From Escherichia coli (GTDB lineage Bacteria; Pseudomonadota; Gammaproteobacteria; Enterobacterales; Enterobacteriaceae), in NCBI RefSeq assembly GCF_024502345.1, contig NZ_JALDNN010000001.1: a stretch of 64,000 bases of DNA; one strand, given 5' to 3'. Below the pieces are notes generated by a model, which was not told the DNA's origin, did no database searches, and was given only the letters and a program-made list of their open reading frames with translations. Made by a program: the position numbers and the translations under genes. How positions within the stretch are numbered: the first letter of the stretch is position 1; every line of letters begins with the position of its first letter. Below are positions 43,882 through 59,409 of the stretch, piece by piece.

Positions 43882-45396
43882 ATGAGTTTTTCCGTTGATG
43901 TGCTGGCGAATATCGCCATCGAATTGCAGCGTGGGATTGGTCATCAGGATCGTTTTCAGCGCCTGATCACCACGCTACGTCAGGTGCTGGAGTGCGATGC
44001 GTCTGCGTTGCTACGTTACGATTCGCGGCAGTTTATTCCGCTTGCCATCGACGGTCTGGCAAAGGATGTACTCGGTAGACGCTTTGCGCTGGAAGGGCAT
44101 CCACGGCTGGAAGCGATTGCCCGCGCCGGGGATGTGGTGCGCTTTCCCGCAGACAGCGAATTGCCCGATCCCTATGACGGTTTGATTCCTGGGCAGGAGA
44201 GTCTGAAGGTTCACGCCTGCGTTGGTCTGCCATTGTTTGCCGGGCAAAACCTGATCGGCGCACTGACGCTCGACGGGATGCAGCCCGATCAGTTCGATGT
44301 TTTCAGCGACGAAGAGCTACGGCTGATTGCTGCGCTGGCGGCGGGAGCGTTAAGCAATGCGTTGCTGATTGAACAACTGGAAAGCCAGAATATGATGCCA
44401 GGCGATGCCACGCCGTTTGAAGCGGTGAAACAGACGCAGATGATTGGCTTGTCCCCTGGCATGACGCAACTGAAAAAAGAGATTGAGATTGTGGCGGCGT
44501 CCGATCTCAACGTCCTGATCAGCGGTGAGACGGGAACCGGTAAGGAGCTGGTGGCGAAAGCGATTCATGAAGCCTCGCCACGGGCGGTGAATCCGCTGGT
44601 CTATCTCAACTGTGCCGCACTGCCGGAAAGTGTGGCGGAAAGTGAGTTGTTCGGGCATGTGAAAGGAGCGTTTACTGGCGCTATCAGTAACCGCAGCGGG
44701 AAGTTTGAAATGGCGGATAACGGCACTCTGTTTCTGGATGAGATCGGCGAGTTGTCGTTGGCATTGCAGGCCAAGCTGCTGAGGGTGTTGCAGTATGGCG
44801 ATATTCAGCGCGTTGGCGATGACCGTAGTTTGCGGGTCGATGTGCGCGTGCTGGCGGCGACTAACCGCGACTTACGCGAAGAGGTGCTGGCAGGGCGATT
44901 TCGCGCTGACTTGTTTCATCGCCTGAGCGTGTTTCCACTTTCGGTGCCGCCGCTGCGTGAGCGGGGCGATGATGTCATTCTGCTGGCGGGGTATTTCTGC
45001 GAGCAGTGTCGTTTGCGGCTGGGGCTCTCCCGCGTGGTATTAAGTGCCGGAGCGCGAAATTTACTGCAACACTATCGTTTTCCGGGGAACGTGCGCGAAC
45101 TGGAACATGCTATTCATCGGGCGGTAGTGCTGGCGAGAGCCACCCGCAACGGCGATGAAGTGATTCTTGAGGCGCAACATTTTGCTTTTCCTGAGGTGAC
45201 GTTGCCGCCGCCAGAAGCGGCGGCGGTGCCCGTTGTTAAGCAAAACCTGCGTGAAGCGACAGAAGCGTTCCAGCGTGAAACCATTCGCCAGGCACTGGCA
45301 CAAAATCATCACAACTGGGCTGCCTGCGCGCGGATGCTGGAAACCGACGTCGCCAACCTGCATCGGCTGGCGAAACGTCTGGGATTGAAGGATTAA
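43882..45396 (+). CDS. norR: NO-responsive sigma54-dependent activator NorR
   Basis: Starts [18 protein letters not shown]...; GAF domain, AAA+ domain ([14 protein letters not shown]), C-terminal HTH. Confidence 0.93.
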   Translation: MSFSVDVLANIAIELQRGIGHQDRFQRLITTLRQVLECDASALLRYDSRQFIPLAIDGLAKDVLGRRFALEGHPRLEAIARAGDVVRFPADSELPDPYDGLIPGQESLKVHACVGLPLFAGQNLIGALTLDGMQPDQFDVFSDEELRLIAALAAGALSNALLIEQLESQNMMPGDATPFEAVKQTQMIGLSPGMTQLKKEIEIVAASDLNVLISGETGTGKELVAKAIHEASPRAVNPLVYLNCAALPESVAESELFGHVKGAFTGAISNRSGKFEMADNGTLFLDEIGELSLALQAKLLRVLQYGDIQRVGDDRSLRVDVRVLAATNRDLREEVLAGRFRADLFHRLSVFPLSVPPLRERGDDVILLAGYFCEQCRLRLGLSRVVLSAGARNLLQHYRFPGNVRELEHAIHRAVVLARATRNGDEVILEAQHFAFPEVTLPPPEAAAVPVVKQNLREATEAFQRETIRQALAQNHHNWAACARMLETDVANLHRLAKRLGLKD

Positions 45397-46358
45397 ATAA
45401 TCCCGGCCTGATAGAAATCCTGCAGGTTAATTGCGCCGGTGAGTTTGCCGTTTTCATCCACCACCGGTGCGGCAGTGATTTTGCGCTTCATCAGGATCTC
45501 TTTGGCGTCGATGGCGCGACTTTGCGCCTGTAACGTGGTGCCGCCTGTCGTCATCGCTTCATTAACTGGCGTGGTGAGTGCCCCGCCGCCTACCAGCCAG
45601 CGACGTAAATCGCCGTCGGTAAAGACGCCTTGTACCTGTTGTTGAGCGTCACATACCGCCACCAGCCCCAGACCGGTGCGGCTGAGTTCCAGCATCGCAT
45701 CCATCACGCTGGCGGTTAACGCCACCTGTGGGATGGCATCGTCACGGCGCATCAGATGATGCACTTTATTCAGCAAGCGAGCGCCCAGTGCCCCGGCTGG
45801 GTGGGAGCGGGCAAAATCTTCTTCATTAAATCCGCGCGCCTGCATGACCGCCATCGCCAGCGCGTCACCCATCATCAGGGTATTGACGGTGCTGGAGGTC
45901 GGCGCAAGGTGCATCGGGCAGGCTTCGCGTTCTACGGAGATATCCAGCACCGCTTTTGCCGCCAGGCCCAGCGGTGACGTCGGTTTGCCGGTCATCGCCA
46001 GCAGCGCGATAGATTTATCTTCCAGACGCGGAATAATCAGATCCAGTTCCTTCGCGCCACCGGAGTAAGAGATAAACAGCATCACATCGCGGCTTTCAAT
46101 CATCCCCAGATCGCCGTGCAGTGCTTCTGCCGGATGGACAAAAAAAGCCGGTGTGCCGGTACTGGCAAGTGTTGCGGCGATTTTCTTACCAATGTGGCCC
46201 GATTTGCCAATTCCCGAAACCACCACTTTGCCTTCGCAGTGCAGGATGATATTGGCGGCGCGAACAAAATCATCGCCCAGACGTTCCGGTAAACGGCTTG
46301 CTTCCTGCAACTCCAGCATTAACGTCTGACGTCCCGCGTTCAGTAGTGCTTCACTCAT
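45393..46358 (-). CDS. gutQ: D-arabinose 5-phosphate isomerase GutQ
   Basis: 321 aa; SIS domain plus tandem CBS domains. Confidence 0.93.
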   Translation of the reverse strand: MSEALLNAGRQTLMLELQEASRLPERLGDDFVRAANIILHCEGKVVVSGIGKSGHIGKKIAATLASTGTPAFFVHPAEALHGDLGMIESRDVMLFISYSGGAKELDLIIPRLEDKSIALLAMTGKPTSPLGLAAKAVLDISVEREACPMHLAPTSSTVNTLMMGDALAMAVMQARGFNEEDFARSHPAGALGARLLNKVHHLMRRDDAIPQVALTASVMDAMLELSRTGLGLVAVCDAQQQVQGVFTDGDLRRWLVGGGALTTPVNEAMTTGGTTLQAQSRAIDAKEILMKRKITAAPVVDENGKLTGAINLQDFYQAGII

Positions 46359-47124
46359 TGCTCTCTCCGGTTATGATCACATCGATCCCTTTCTCTTCCA
46401 GCGCCTGACGAAACGCCGGATCGATACCTGCGTCGGTAATCAGCTTATCGACGCTTTCAAGACTGCAAACTACGTTGGGGCTTTTACGGCCAAACTTTGA
46501 TGAGTCCGCCATCAAAATCACTTCGCGCGCGGCATTGCACATTGCCTTACTGACGGTATAAACCTCGTTGAAGGTGGTTACGCCCGCATTGAGATCGATG
46601 CCGTCGGTGCCCATAAACAATTTATCGAAACTGAAATGTTCGAAGGCATTCTCTGCCAGCTGTCCGTGAAATGAGGCCGATTTTTTACGAAACGTTCCGC
46701 CTGGCATCAGGATAGTTTGTTCGTTATCCAGTTCGGATAGCGCATTGACGATATGCAGGCTGTTGGTCATCACCGTGATGTTATTAAAGCGCGAGAGCAG
46801 GGGAACCATCTGCAAAACGGTACTGCCAGCATCAAGAATGATCGAATCGCCATCATGGATAAAACTAACGGCAGCTTCTGCAATCAGCTCTTTCTTGTGG
46901 GTGTTGATGAGTGTTTTATGATCGATAGGCGGATCGGATTCCTCTTTATTCAACACCACTCCGCCATAAGTACGAATGACGGTTCCGGCATGTTCCAGAA
47001 TGACCAGATCTTTGCGAATGGTTGTGCCTGTGGTGTCAAAGTATTGCGCCAATTCTTCAACCGAGCATTTACCCTGCTTTTGCAGATACTCCAGAATGGC
47101 GGCCTGACGCTGACGAGGTTTCAT
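46351..47124 (-). CDS. srlR: DeoR-family glucitol operon repressor SrlR (GutR)
   Basis: 257 aa; N-terminal HTH, DeoR C-terminal domain. Confidence 0.93.
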   Translation of the reverse strand: MKPRQRQAAILEYLQKQGKCSVEELAQYFDTTGTTIRKDLVILEHAGTVIRTYGGVVLNKEESDPPIDHKTLINTHKKELIAEAAVSFIHDGDSIILDAGSTVLQMVPLLSRFNNITVMTNSLHIVNALSELDNEQTILMPGGTFRKKSASFHGQLAENAFEHFSFDKLFMGTDGIDLNAGVTTFNEVYTVSKAMCNAAREVILMADSSKFGRKSPNVVCSLESVDKLITDAGIDPAFRQALEEKGIDVIITGESNE

Positions 47125-47190
47125 GGGCGTGATTACCTGATTTAGGTTTCAAAATGATAACTTCGCAAGCAAGTAACATTCACAACGAAA

Positions 47191-47550
47191 TTATCCACGT
47201 TTCAGTTTAAGCGCCAATGATAGAGCATTCTGTGATAGTGGATCATGGGGAAAGATCACATCGGGCTGTAAATCACCCGCATGCATACCGGTAATTGCGG
47301 GAATTTTTTGCGGTCGGGCGAAGACGGTCAGTCCTTTCATAAACAAGGTGTCGACGATGCGCTGCTGATCGTCCAGCGCGATGGCGACCACGACCCGCGG
47401 TTTAAAGCGCCCGCTGGAACGGCCCACGCCAACCCGCCCTTGCTGGCATAGTGTGTCGAAGGCACGGTTAAAACGAGAAATTTGCCAGCCGCCTAAGGCC
47501 AGTTGCGCACACCAGGCGATAACGGCGACGGTGATGAGTGCGGATACCAT
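47191..47550 (-). CDS. gutM: glucitol operon activator GutM
   Basis: 119-aa protein with N-terminal membrane segment. Confidence 0.9.
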   Translation of the reverse strand: MVSALITVAVIAWCAQLALGGWQISRFNRAFDTLCQQGRVGVGRSSGRFKPRVVVAIALDDQQRIVDTLFMKGLTVFARPQKIPAITGMHAGDLQPDVIFPHDPLSQNALSLALKLKRG

Positions 47551-47654
47551 AACTTTTCCTTAATGTAGTGGCGGAAGTCCTGTATGCCTGATGAGCGTAG
47601 CGCATCAGGCATTCTATAGTCTCACGGAGATCCTTAATGGATCTCCGCTGTTGA

Positions 47655-48809
<1,155 letters not shown>

Positions 48810-48819
48810 GTTTCAGCCT

Positions 48820-50357
<1,538 letters not shown>

Positions 50358-50594
50358 TTATTGTTTTATTACCAAACGGCAACCTAATCTAATCAGATTG
50401 AAAGATTTAAAAGTGTTATTTTGATCGCAAAATGAAAGATAAATATTTTAATTTGAAAGTTTGAGTAAAAGGATAGCGAGGAGAATGAGTTGAGTTATGT
50501 AAAGTCCGTATCGGGCAGTGACTACCGCTTCCTTGTGCGGGGCGTGATGCTTTACCATACTTGCCCCTGGTTGAATCTGTTAAATGGACCCCTC

Positions 50595-51680
50595 ATGTTC
50601 AAGCGTCGTTATGTAACATTGCTTCCCCTTTTTGTGTTGCTTGCCGCCTGTAGCAGCAAGCCAAAACCTACTGAGACTGAAACGACCACCGGAACGCCGT
50701 CTGGCGGCTTCCTGCTTGAGCCGCAGCACAATGTGATGCAGATGGGCGGTGACTTCGCCAATAACCCGAATGCCCAGCAGTTCATCGACAAAATGGTGAA
50801 CAAACACGGTTTCGATCGTCAGCAGTTGCAGGAAATTCTGTCCCAGGCGAAGCGTCTGGATTCGGTACTGCGGCTGATGGATAACCAGGCACCAACGACA
50901 TCGGTGAAACCGCCATCAGGTCCGAACGGCGCATGGCTGCGTTATCGCAAAAAATTTATTACGCCGGACAACGTGCAGAACGGTGTGGTTTTCTGGAATC
51001 AGTATGAAGATGCGTTGAATCGCGCGTGGCAGGTGTATGGCGTACCGCCGGAAATTATCGTCGGGATTATCGGCGTTGAAACCCGCTGGGGGCGCGTGAT
51101 GGGGAAAACTCGCATCCTCGATGCGCTGGCAACGCTGTCATTTAACTACCCACGCCGCGCGGAGTATTTCTCTGGCGAGCTGGAAACCTTCCTGTTGATG
51201 GCGCGCGACGAGCAGGACGATCCGCTCAATCTGAAAGGTTCCTTTGCCGGGGCGATGGGCTACGGACAGTTTATGCCGTCGTCTTACAAACAATATGCAG
51301 TGGATTTCAGCGGCGATGGGCATATCAACCTGTGGGATCCGGTTGATGCGATCGGTAGCGTGGCGAATTATTTCAAAGCGCACGGCTGGGTGAAAGGCGA
51401 TCAGGTCGCGGTAATGGCAAACGGTCAGGCTCCAGGCTTGCCAAATGGCTTCAAAACCAGGTACAGCATTTCGCAGCTTGCCGCGGCAGGTTTAACGCCA
51501 CAGCAGCCGCTGGGCAACCATCAACAAGCCAGCCTGCTGCGTCTGGATGTTGGAACAGGTTACCAGTACTGGTACGGTCTGCCGAACTTCTACACCATTA
51601 CCCGTTATAACCACAGTACCCATTACGCAATGGCGGTCTGGCAGTTAGGACAAGCCGTGGCGCTGGCGCGCGTGCAGTAA
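50595..51680 (+). CDS. mltB: membrane-bound lytic murein transglycosylase B
   Basis: Starts MFKRRYVTLLPLFVLLAACSS (lipoprotein signal); track ORF has an upstream in-frame extension. Confidence 0.92.
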   Translation: MFKRRYVTLLPLFVLLAACSSKPKPTETETTTGTPSGGFLLEPQHNVMQMGGDFANNPNAQQFIDKMVNKHGFDRQQLQEILSQAKRLDSVLRLMDNQAPTTSVKPPSGPNGAWLRYRKKFITPDNVQNGVVFWNQYEDALNRAWQVYGVPPEIIVGIIGVETRWGRVMGKTRILDALATLSFNYPRRAEYFSGELETFLLMARDEQDDPLNLKGSFAGAMGYGQFMPSSYKQYAVDFSGDGHINLWDPVDAIGSVANYFKAHGWVKGDQVAVMANGQAPGLPNGFKTRYSISQLAAAGLTPQQPLGNHQQASLLRLDVGTGYQYWYGLPNFYTITRYNHSTHYAMAVWQLGQAVALARVQ

Positions 51681-51824
51681 CTATTTGCAAGAGGGGGGCG
51701 TGAGCTTCCCTCTGGCTAATCAGCTTTTTTCTGAATCCTCCTCGTAAAATTGCAACGCCAACACCATCTTCCTGACGAAAGTGCTATCTTGTCCGGCATA
51801 AATTTTTGACTGACAGAGGTTGTG

Positions 51825-52322
51825 ATGACTGACAGTGAACTGATGCAGTTAAGCGAACAGGTTGGGCAGGCGCTGAAAGCCCGTGGCGCAACCGTAACAA
51901 CTGCTGAGTCTTGTACCGGCGGTTGGGTAGCGAAAGTGATTACCGATATTGCCGGTAGCTCCGCCTGGTTTGAACGCGGATTTGTCACCTACAGTAACGA
52001 AGCCAAAGCGCAGATGATCGGCGTACGCGAAGAGACGCTGGCGCAGCATGGCGCGGTGAGCGAACCCGTCGTGGTGGAAATGGCGATAGGCGCCCTGAAA
52101 GCGGCTCGTGCTGATTACGCCGTGTCTATTAGTGGTATCGCCGGGCCGGATGGCGGCAGTGAAGAGAAGCCTGTCGGCACCGTCTGGTTTGCTTTTGCCA
52201 CTGCCCGCGGTGAAGGCATTACCCGGCGGGAATGCTTCAGCGGCGACCGTGATGCGGTGCGCCGTCAGGCTACTGCGTATGCATTGCAGACCTTGTGGCA
52301 ACAATTTCTACAAAACACTTGA
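51825..52322 (+). CDS. pncC: NMN amidohydrolase PncC (CinA-like, YgaD)
   Basis: 165 aa starting MTDSELMQLSEQVGQ... Confidence 0.92.
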   Translation: MTDSELMQLSEQVGQALKARGATVTTAESCTGGWVAKVITDIAGSSAWFERGFVTYSNEAKAQMIGVREETLAQHGAVSEPVVVEMAIGALKAARADYAVSISGIAGPDGGSEEKPVGTVWFAFATARGEGITRRECFSGDRDAVRRQATAYALQTLWQQFLQNT

Positions 52323-53463
<1,141 letters not shown>

Positions 53464-53500
53464 TCGTTCGTTATTGATGATAATAGATAATGTGTGCACG

Positions 53501-53550
53501 GACGGTCCCCTCGCCCCTTTGGGGAGAGGGTTAGGGTGAGGGGAACAGGC
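53501..53550 (+). terminator. GC-rich imperfect hairpin between recA and recX (partial terminator/attenuator)
   Basis: GGTCCCCTCGCCCCTTTGGGGAGAGGGTTAGGGTGAGGGGAAC can fold into long stems. Confidence 0.45.
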
Positions 53551-53705
53551 CAGCACTGGCGTGAAAAATTACTCTCACCTCGATCCTCTAACGAATTGGG
53601 CCTGCGGGAACATTCTGCACACTCATTGACTATTAAATCTGTTTATCAGCAAAACCTGGGTCGCATCTGCGGCCCTTTTGCTTTTTTAAGTTGTAAGGAT
53701 ATGCC

Positions 53706-54206
53706 ATGACAGAATCAACGTCCCGTCGCCCGGCATATGCTCGCCTGTTGGATCGTGCGGTACGCATTCTGGCGGTGCGCGATCACAGTGAGCAAGAACT
53801 GCGACGTAAACTCGCGGCACCGATTATGGGCAAAAATGGCCCAGAAGAGATTGATGCTACGGCAGAAGATTACGAGCGCGTTATTGCCTGGTGCCATGAA
53901 CATGGCTATCTCGATGACAGCCGATTTGTGGCGCGCTTTATCGCCAGCCGTAGCAGCAAAGGTTATGGACCTGCGCGTATTCGCCAGGAACTGAATCAGA
54001 AAGGTATTTCCCGCGAAGCGACAGAAAAAGCGATGCGTGAATGTGACATCGACTGGTGCGCACTGGCGCGCGATCAGGCGACGCGAAAATATGGTGAACC
54101 TTTGCCAACTGTCTTTTCAGAAAAAGTTAAGATCCAGCGTTTTCTGCTCTATCGTGGCTATCTGATGGAAGATATCCAGGATATTTGGCGAAATTTTGCC
54201 GACTGA
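53706..54206 (+). CDS. recX: RecA regulator RecX
   Basis: 166 aa. Confidence 0.93.
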   Translation: MTESTSRRPAYARLLDRAVRILAVRDHSEQELRRKLAAPIMGKNGPEEIDATAEDYERVIAWCHEHGYLDDSRFVARFIASRSSKGYGPARIRQELNQKGISREATEKAMRECDIDWCALARDQATRKYGEPLPTVFSEKVKIQRFLLYRGYLMEDIQDIWRNFAD

Positions 54207-54333
54207 ACGCATACGGTATTTTACTTCCCAGTCAAGAAAACTTATCTTATTCCCACTTTTCAGTTACCAGCCCGGCGGTTAAGACACGCTGGAGCTGGTG
54301 GCGATATTTCGTTAGCTTGATTTCAGGATAATT

Positions 54334-56964
54334 ATGAGCAAGAGCACCGCTGAGATCCGTCAGGCGTTTCTCGACTTTTTCCATAGTAAGGGACATCAGG
54401 TAGTTGCCAGCAGCTCCCTGGTACCCCATAACGACCCAACTTTGTTGTTTACCAACGCCGGGATGAACCAGTTCAAGGATGTGTTCCTTGGGCTCGACAA
54501 GCGTAATTATTCCCGCGCTACCACTTCCCAACGCTGCGTGCGTGCGGGTGGTAAACACAACGACCTGGAAAACGTCGGTTACACCGCGCGTCACCATACC
54601 TTCTTCGAAATGCTGGGCAACTTCAGCTTCGGCGACTATTTCAAACACGATGCCATTCAGTTTGCATGGGAACTGCTGACCAGCGAAAAATGGTTTGCCC
54701 TGCCGAAAGAGCGTCTGTGGGTTACCGTCTATGAAAGCGACGACGAAGCCTACGAAATCTGGGAAAAAGAAGTAGGGATCCCGCGCGAACGTATTATTCG
54801 CATCGGCGATAACAAAGGTGCGCCATACGCATCTGACAACTTCTGGCAGATGGGTGACACTGGTCCGTGCGGCCCGTGCACCGAAATCTTCTACGATCAC
54901 GGCGACCACATTTGGGGTGGCCCTCCGGGAAGTCCGGAAGAAGACGGCGACCGCTACATTGAGATCTGGAACATCGTCTTCATGCAGTTCAACCGCCAGG
55001 CCGATGGCACGATGGAACCGCTGCCGAAGCCGTCTGTAGATACCGGTATGGGTCTGGAGCGTATTGCTGCGGTGCTGCAACACGTTAACTCTAACTATGA
55101 CATCGACCTGTTCCGCACGTTGATCCAGGCGGTAGCGAAAGTCACTGGCGCAACCGATCTGAGCAATAAATCGCTGCGCGTAATCGCTGACCACATTCGT
55201 TCTTGTGCGTTCCTGATCGCGGATGGCGTAATGCCGTCCAATGAAAACCGTGGTTATGTACTGCGTCGTATCATTCGTCGCGCAGTGCGTCACGGTAATA
55301 TGCTCGGCGCGAAAGAAACCTTCTTCTACAAACTGGTTGGTCCGCTGATCGACGTTATGGGCTCTGCGGGTGAAGACCTGAAACGCCAGCAGGCGCAGGT
55401 TGAGCAGGTGCTGAAGACTGAAGAAGAGCAGTTTGCTCGTACTCTGGAGCGCGGTCTGGCGTTGCTGGATGAAGAGCTGGCAAAACTTTCTGGTGATACG
55501 CTGGATGGTGAAACTGCTTTCCGTCTGTACGACACCTATGGCTTCCCGGTTGACCTGACGGCTGATGTTTGTCGTGAGCGCAACATCAAAGTTGACGAAG
55601 CTGGTTTTGAAGCAGCAATGGAAGAGCAGCGTCGTCGGGCGCGCGAAGCCAGCGGCTTTGGTGCCGATTACAACGCAATGATCCGTGTTGACAGTGCATC
55701 TGAATTTAAAGGCTATGACCATCTGGAACTGAACGGCAAAGTGACCGCGCTGTTTGTTGATGGTAAAGCGGTTGATGCCATCAATGCAGGCCAGGAAGCT
55801 GTGGTCGTGCTGGATCAAACGCCATTCTATGCGGAATCCGGCGGTCAGGTTGGTGATAAAGGCGAACTGAAAGGCGCTAACTTCTCCTTCGTGGTGGAAG
55901 ATACGCAGAAATACGGCCAGGCGATTGGTCACATCGGTAAACTTGCTGCGGGTTCTCTGAAAGTGGGCGACGCTGTGCAGGCTGATGTTGATGAGGCTCG
56001 TCGCGCCCGTATTCGTCTGAATCACTCCGCAACGCACCTGATGCACGCTGCGCTGCGCCAGGTTCTGGGTACTCATGTATCGCAGAAAGGTTCACTGGTT
56101 AACGACAAGGTGCTGCGCTTCGACTTCTCACACAACGAAGCGATGAAACCAGAAGAGATTCGTGCGGTCGAAGACCTGGTGAACGCACAGATTCGTCGCA
56201 ATTTGCCGATCGAAACCAACATCATGGATCTCGAAGCGGCGAAAGCGAAAGGTGCGATGGCGCTGTTCGGCGAGAAGTATGATGAGCGCGTACGCGTGCT
56301 GAGCATGGGCGATTTCTCCACCGAGCTGTGTGGCGGTACTCACGCCAGCCGCACTGGTGATATTGGTCTGTTCCGCATCATCTCTGAATCGGGTACTGCT
56401 GCAGGCGTTCGTCGTATCGAAGCGGTAACCGGAGAAGGTGCTATCGCCACCGTTCATGCAGACAGCGATCGCTTAAGCGAAGTCGCACATCTGCTGAAAG
56501 GCGATAGCAATAATCTGGCTGATAAAGTGCGCTCAGTACTGGAACGTACGCGTCAGTTAGAAAAAGAACTACAACAGCTTAAAGAACAAGCTGCCGCACA
56601 GGAGAGCGCAAATCTTTCCAGTAAGGCAATTGATGTTAATGGTGTTAAGCTGTTGGTTAGCGAGCTTAGCGGTGTTGAGCCGAAAATGTTGCGTACCATG
56701 GTTGACGATTTAAAAAATCAGCTGGGGTCGACAATTATCGTGCTGGCAACGGTAGCCGAAGGTAAGGTTTCTCTGATTGCAGGCGTATCTAAGGACGTCA
56801 CAGATCGTGTGAAAGCAGGGGAACTGATTGGTATGGTCGCTCAGCAGGTGGGCGGCAAGGGTGGTGGACGTCCTGACATGGCGCAAGCCGGTGGTACGGA
56901 TGCTGCGGCCTTACCTGCAGCGTTAGCCAGTGTGAAAGGCTGGGTCAGCGCGAAATTGCAATAA
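54334..56964 (+). CDS. alaS: alanine--tRNA ligase
   Basis: 876 aa starting [24 protein letters not shown]... Confidence 0.98.
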   Translation: MSKSTAEIRQAFLDFFHSKGHQVVASSSLVPHNDPTLLFTNAGMNQFKDVFLGLDKRNYSRATTSQRCVRAGGKHNDLENVGYTARHHTFFEMLGNFSFGDYFKHDAIQFAWELLTSEKWFALPKERLWVTVYESDDEAYEIWEKEVGIPRERIIRIGDNKGAPYASDNFWQMGDTGPCGPCTEIFYDHGDHIWGGPPGSPEEDGDRYIEIWNIVFMQFNRQADGTMEPLPKPSVDTGMGLERIAAVLQHVNSNYDIDLFRTLIQAVAKVTGATDLSNKSLRVIADHIRSCAFLIADGVMPSNENRGYVLRRIIRRAVRHGNMLGAKETFFYKLVGPLIDVMGSAGEDLKRQQAQVEQVLKTEEEQFARTLERGLALLDEELAKLSGDTLDGETAFRLYDTYGFPVDLTADVCRERNIKVDEAGFEAAMEEQRRRAREASGFGADYNAMIRVDSASEFKGYDHLELNGKVTALFVDGKAVDAINAGQEAVVVLDQTPFYAESGGQVGDKGELKGANFSFVVEDTQKYGQAIGHIGKLAAGSLKVGDAVQADVDEARRARIRLNHSATHLMHAALRQVLGTHVSQKGSLVNDKVLRFDFSHNEAMKPEEIRAVEDLVNAQIRRNLPIETNIMDLEAAKAKGAMALFGEKYDERVRVLSMGDFSTELCGGTHASRTGDIGLFRIISESGTAAGVRRIEAVTGEGAIATVHADSDRLSEVAHLLKGDSNNLADKVRSVLERTRQLEKELQQLKEQAAAQESANLSSKAIDVNGVKLLVSELSGVEPKMLRTMVDDLKNQLGSTIIVLATVAEGKVSLIAGVSKDVTDRVKAGELIGMVAQQVGGKGGGRPDMAQAGGTDAAALPAALASVKGWVSAKLQ

Positions 56965-57198
56965 TATAAGCGTCAGGCAATGCCGTGGACTCGCTTCACG
57001 GCATTCGCATTAACGCTATCGACAACGATAAAGTCAGGTTGAAGTTGTGTATATCGGCTAAACTTAGGTTTAACAGAATGTAATGCCATGACTGCTTAGA
57101 TGTAATGTGTTTGTCATTGCTTACTTTTTGGCGTTATATGATGGATAATGCCGGGATACAGAGAGACCCGACTCTTTTAATCTTTCAAGGAGCAAAGA

Positions 57199-57384
57199 AT
57201 GCTGATTCTGACTCGTCGAGTTGGTGAGACCCTCATGATTGGGGATGAGGTCACCGTGACAGTTTTAGGGGTAAAGGGCAACCAGGTACGTATTGGCGTA
57301 AATGCCCCGAAGGAAGTTTCTGTTCACCGTGAAGAGATCTACCAGCGTATCCAGGCTGAAAAATCCCAGCAGTCCAGTTACTAA
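57199..57384 (+). CDS. csrA: carbon storage regulator CsrA
   Basis: 61 aa [61 protein letters not shown]. Confidence 0.98.
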
Positions 57385-57699
57385 TCTTTCCGCGTCTCAT
57401 CTTTATCGGTGAGACGCACCCTCAAAATTTCTCCTTCACTCTATAGTCTTTTCGCTTTACTCCCGTTCATTCAACTTAAGTCTCCATTTTTTTACATTAC
57501 TGCTATCTGTCAGACCTCCGTTTTTCTGTTGATAAAACACTCTTTTTGACGTTTTTACAGACTAATTGAGCGTGAAGTGTGCAAACGATAAAAGTGTGGG
57601 AAAAATTGTTTGACTTATAAGTCTCAGAAAGTAATATGTGCGCCACGCAGCGACGATGAGCGATAAACAAGTTCTTCGAAGCACTCGTAAGAGGCGTGT

Positions 57700-57792
57700 G
57701 GTGAGGTGGCCGAGAGGCTGAAGGCGCTCCCCTGCTAAGGGAGTATGCGGTCAAAAGCTGCATCCGGGGTTCGAATCCCCGCCTCACCGCCA
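57700..57792 (+). tRNA. serV: tRNA-Ser (anticodon GCU)
   Basis: GGTGAGGTGGCCGAGAGG...CTGCTAA...GGTTCGAATCC...CACCGCCA; long variable arm. Confidence 0.95.
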
Positions 57793-57795
57793 TTT

Positions 57796-57872
57796 GCATC
57801 CGTAGCTCAGCTGGATAGAGTACTCGGCTACGAACCGAGCGGTCGGAGGTTCGAATCCTCCCGGATGCACCA
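57796..57872 (+). tRNA. tRNA-Arg (anticodon ACG), copy 1
   Basis: GCATCCGTAGCTCAGCTGGATAGAGTACTCGGCTACGAACCGAGCGGTCGGAGGTTCGAATCCTCCCGGATGCACCA. Confidence 0.95.
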
Positions 57873-58007
57873 TATTCTCCGTAACCTTCAGCGATGAAGG
57901 TATGGAAGAGGTGGCGGTACTAACCGCAGGCACCAGGGAGAATAACGTTGCTTTAGCAACGGCCCGAAGGGCGAGCCGCAAGGCGAGTAATCCTCCCGGA
58001 TGCACCA
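57873..58007 (+). repeat. ~135-bp spacer repeat unit ending in a duplicated tRNA-Arg 3' fragment (unit 1)
   Basis: Ends ...AATCCTCCCGGATGCACCA, identical to the T-arm/acceptor 3' end of tRNA-Arg. Confidence 0.8.
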
Positions 58008-58071
58008 TCTCTTACTTGATACGGCTTTAGTAGCGGTATCAAAAAATCTGCAGTAAAGTAAGTTTCCCGAT

Positions 58072-58148
58072 GCATCCGTAGCTCAGCTGGATAGAGTACT
58101 CGGCTACGAACCGAGCGGTCGGAGGTTCGAATCCTCCCGGATGCACCA
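58072..58148 (+). tRNA. tRNA-Arg (ACG), copy 2
   Basis: Identical 77-nt sequence. Confidence 0.95.
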
Positions 58149-58210
58149 TCTCTTACTTGATATGGCTTTAGTAGCGGTATCAATATCAGCAGTAAAATAA
58201 ATTTCCCGAT

Positions 58211-58287
58211 GCATCCGTAGCTCAGCTGGATAGAGTACTCGGCTACGAACCGAGCGGTCGGAGGTTCGAATCCTCCCGGATGCACCA
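58211..58287 (+). tRNA. tRNA-Arg (ACG), copy 3
   Basis: Identical 77-nt sequence. Confidence 0.95.
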
Positions 58288-58422
58288 TATTCTCCGAAAT
58301 CTTCAGCAATGAAGATATCGAAGAGGTAGCGGAATTAACCGCAGGCACCAGGGAGGATAACGTTGCGCCAGCAACGGCCCGAAGGGCGAGCCGCAAGGCG
58401 AGTAATCCTCCCGGATGCACCA
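58288..58422 (+). repeat. spacer repeat unit with tRNA-Arg 3' fragment (unit 2)
   Basis: Near-identical to unit 1. Confidence 0.8.
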
Positions 58423-58485
58423 TCTCTTACTTGATATGGCTTTAGTAGCGATATCAATATCAGCAGTAAAATAAATTTTCCCGAT

Positions 58486-58562
58486 GCATCCGTAGCTCAG
58501 CTGGATAGAGTACTCGGCTACGAACCGAGCGGTCGGAGGTTCGAATCCTCCCGGATGCACCA
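58486..58562 (+). tRNA. tRNA-Arg (ACG), copy 4
   Basis: Identical 77-nt sequence. Confidence 0.95.
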
Positions 58563-58695
58563 TATTCTCCGAAATCTTCAGCAATGAAGATATCGAAGAG
58601 GTAGCGGAATTAACCGCAGGCACCAGGAAGGATAACGTTGCTTTAGCAACGGCCCGAAGGGCGAACGCCAGTGAGTCATCCTCCCGGATGCACCA
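58563..58695 (+). repeat. spacer repeat unit with degenerate tRNA 3' fragment (unit 3)
   Basis: Related to units 1-2; ends ...CATCCTCCCGGATGCACCA. Confidence 0.75.
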
Positions 58696-58842
58696 TCTTC
58701 TCCAAAAAATTTCCTTCAAAAATATCTCATTTTTAAATAACTACTTTATCCATTTCCTGAATTTTCTTCTCCTTCGCCATCAGCGACAAAATCAAGCAAT
58801 TACGCTAAAGTAGCGTCATATTTTTCGACTTGCGAGAAGACC

Positions 58843-59409
58843 ATGTACGAGCGTTATGCAGGTTTAATTTTTGATATGGATGGCACAATCCTGGATACGG
58901 AGCCTACGCACCGTAAAGCGTGGCGCGAAGTATTAGGGCACTACGGTCTTCAGTACGATGTTCAGGCGATGATTGCGCTTAATGGATCGCCCACCTGGCG
59001 TATTACTCAGGCAATTATTGAGCTGAATCAGGCCGATCTCGACCCGCATGCGTTAGCGCGTGAAAAAACAGAAGCAGTAAGAAGTATGCTGCTGGATAGT
59101 GTCGAGCCGCTTCCTCTTGTTGAAGTGGTGAAAAGTTGGCATGGACGTCGGTCAATGGCGGTAGGAACGGGGAGTGAAAGCGCCATCGCTGAGGCATTGC
59201 TGGCTCACCTGGGATTACGCCGTTATTTTGACGCCGTCGTCGCTGCCGATCACGTCAAACACCATAAACCCGCGCCAGACACATTTTTGTTGTGCGCGCA
59301 GCGTATGGGCGTGCAACCGACGCAGTGTGTGGTCTTTGAAGATGCCGATTTCGGTATTCAGGCGGCCCGTGCAGCAGGCATGGACGCTGTGGATGTTCGC
59401 TTGCTGTGA
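58843..59409 (+). CDS. yqaB: HAD-family sugar phosphatase YqaB
   Basis: 188 aa; HAD motif I FDMDGT near N-terminus. Confidence 0.92.
   Translation: MYERYAGLIFDMDGTILDTEPTHRKAWREVLGHYGLQYDVQAMIALNGSPTWRITQAIIELNQADLDPHALAREKTEAVRSMLLDSVEPLPLVEVVKSWHGRRSMAVGTGSESAIAEALLAHLGLRRYFDAVVAADHVKHHKPAPDTFLLCAQRMGVQPTQCVVFEDADFGIQAARAAGMDAVDVRLL

Noticed and set aside
47584-47636. Palindromes GCCTGATG...CATCAGGC and GGAGATCC-ttaat-GGATCTCC between gutM and srlD as a terminator
   Set aside because: No U-tract on either strand and the location is inside the srl operon; more likely REP-like or stability elements than a terminator.
54247-56076. 609-aa ORF on the minus strand
   Set aside because: Antisense to alaS; shadow ORF with no RBS or independent support.
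57873-58700. Possible CRISPR array suggested by regularly repeated units
   Set aside because: The repeats are tRNA-Arg genes and ~135-bp spacer units, not short direct repeats with unique spacers; no cas genes nearby.
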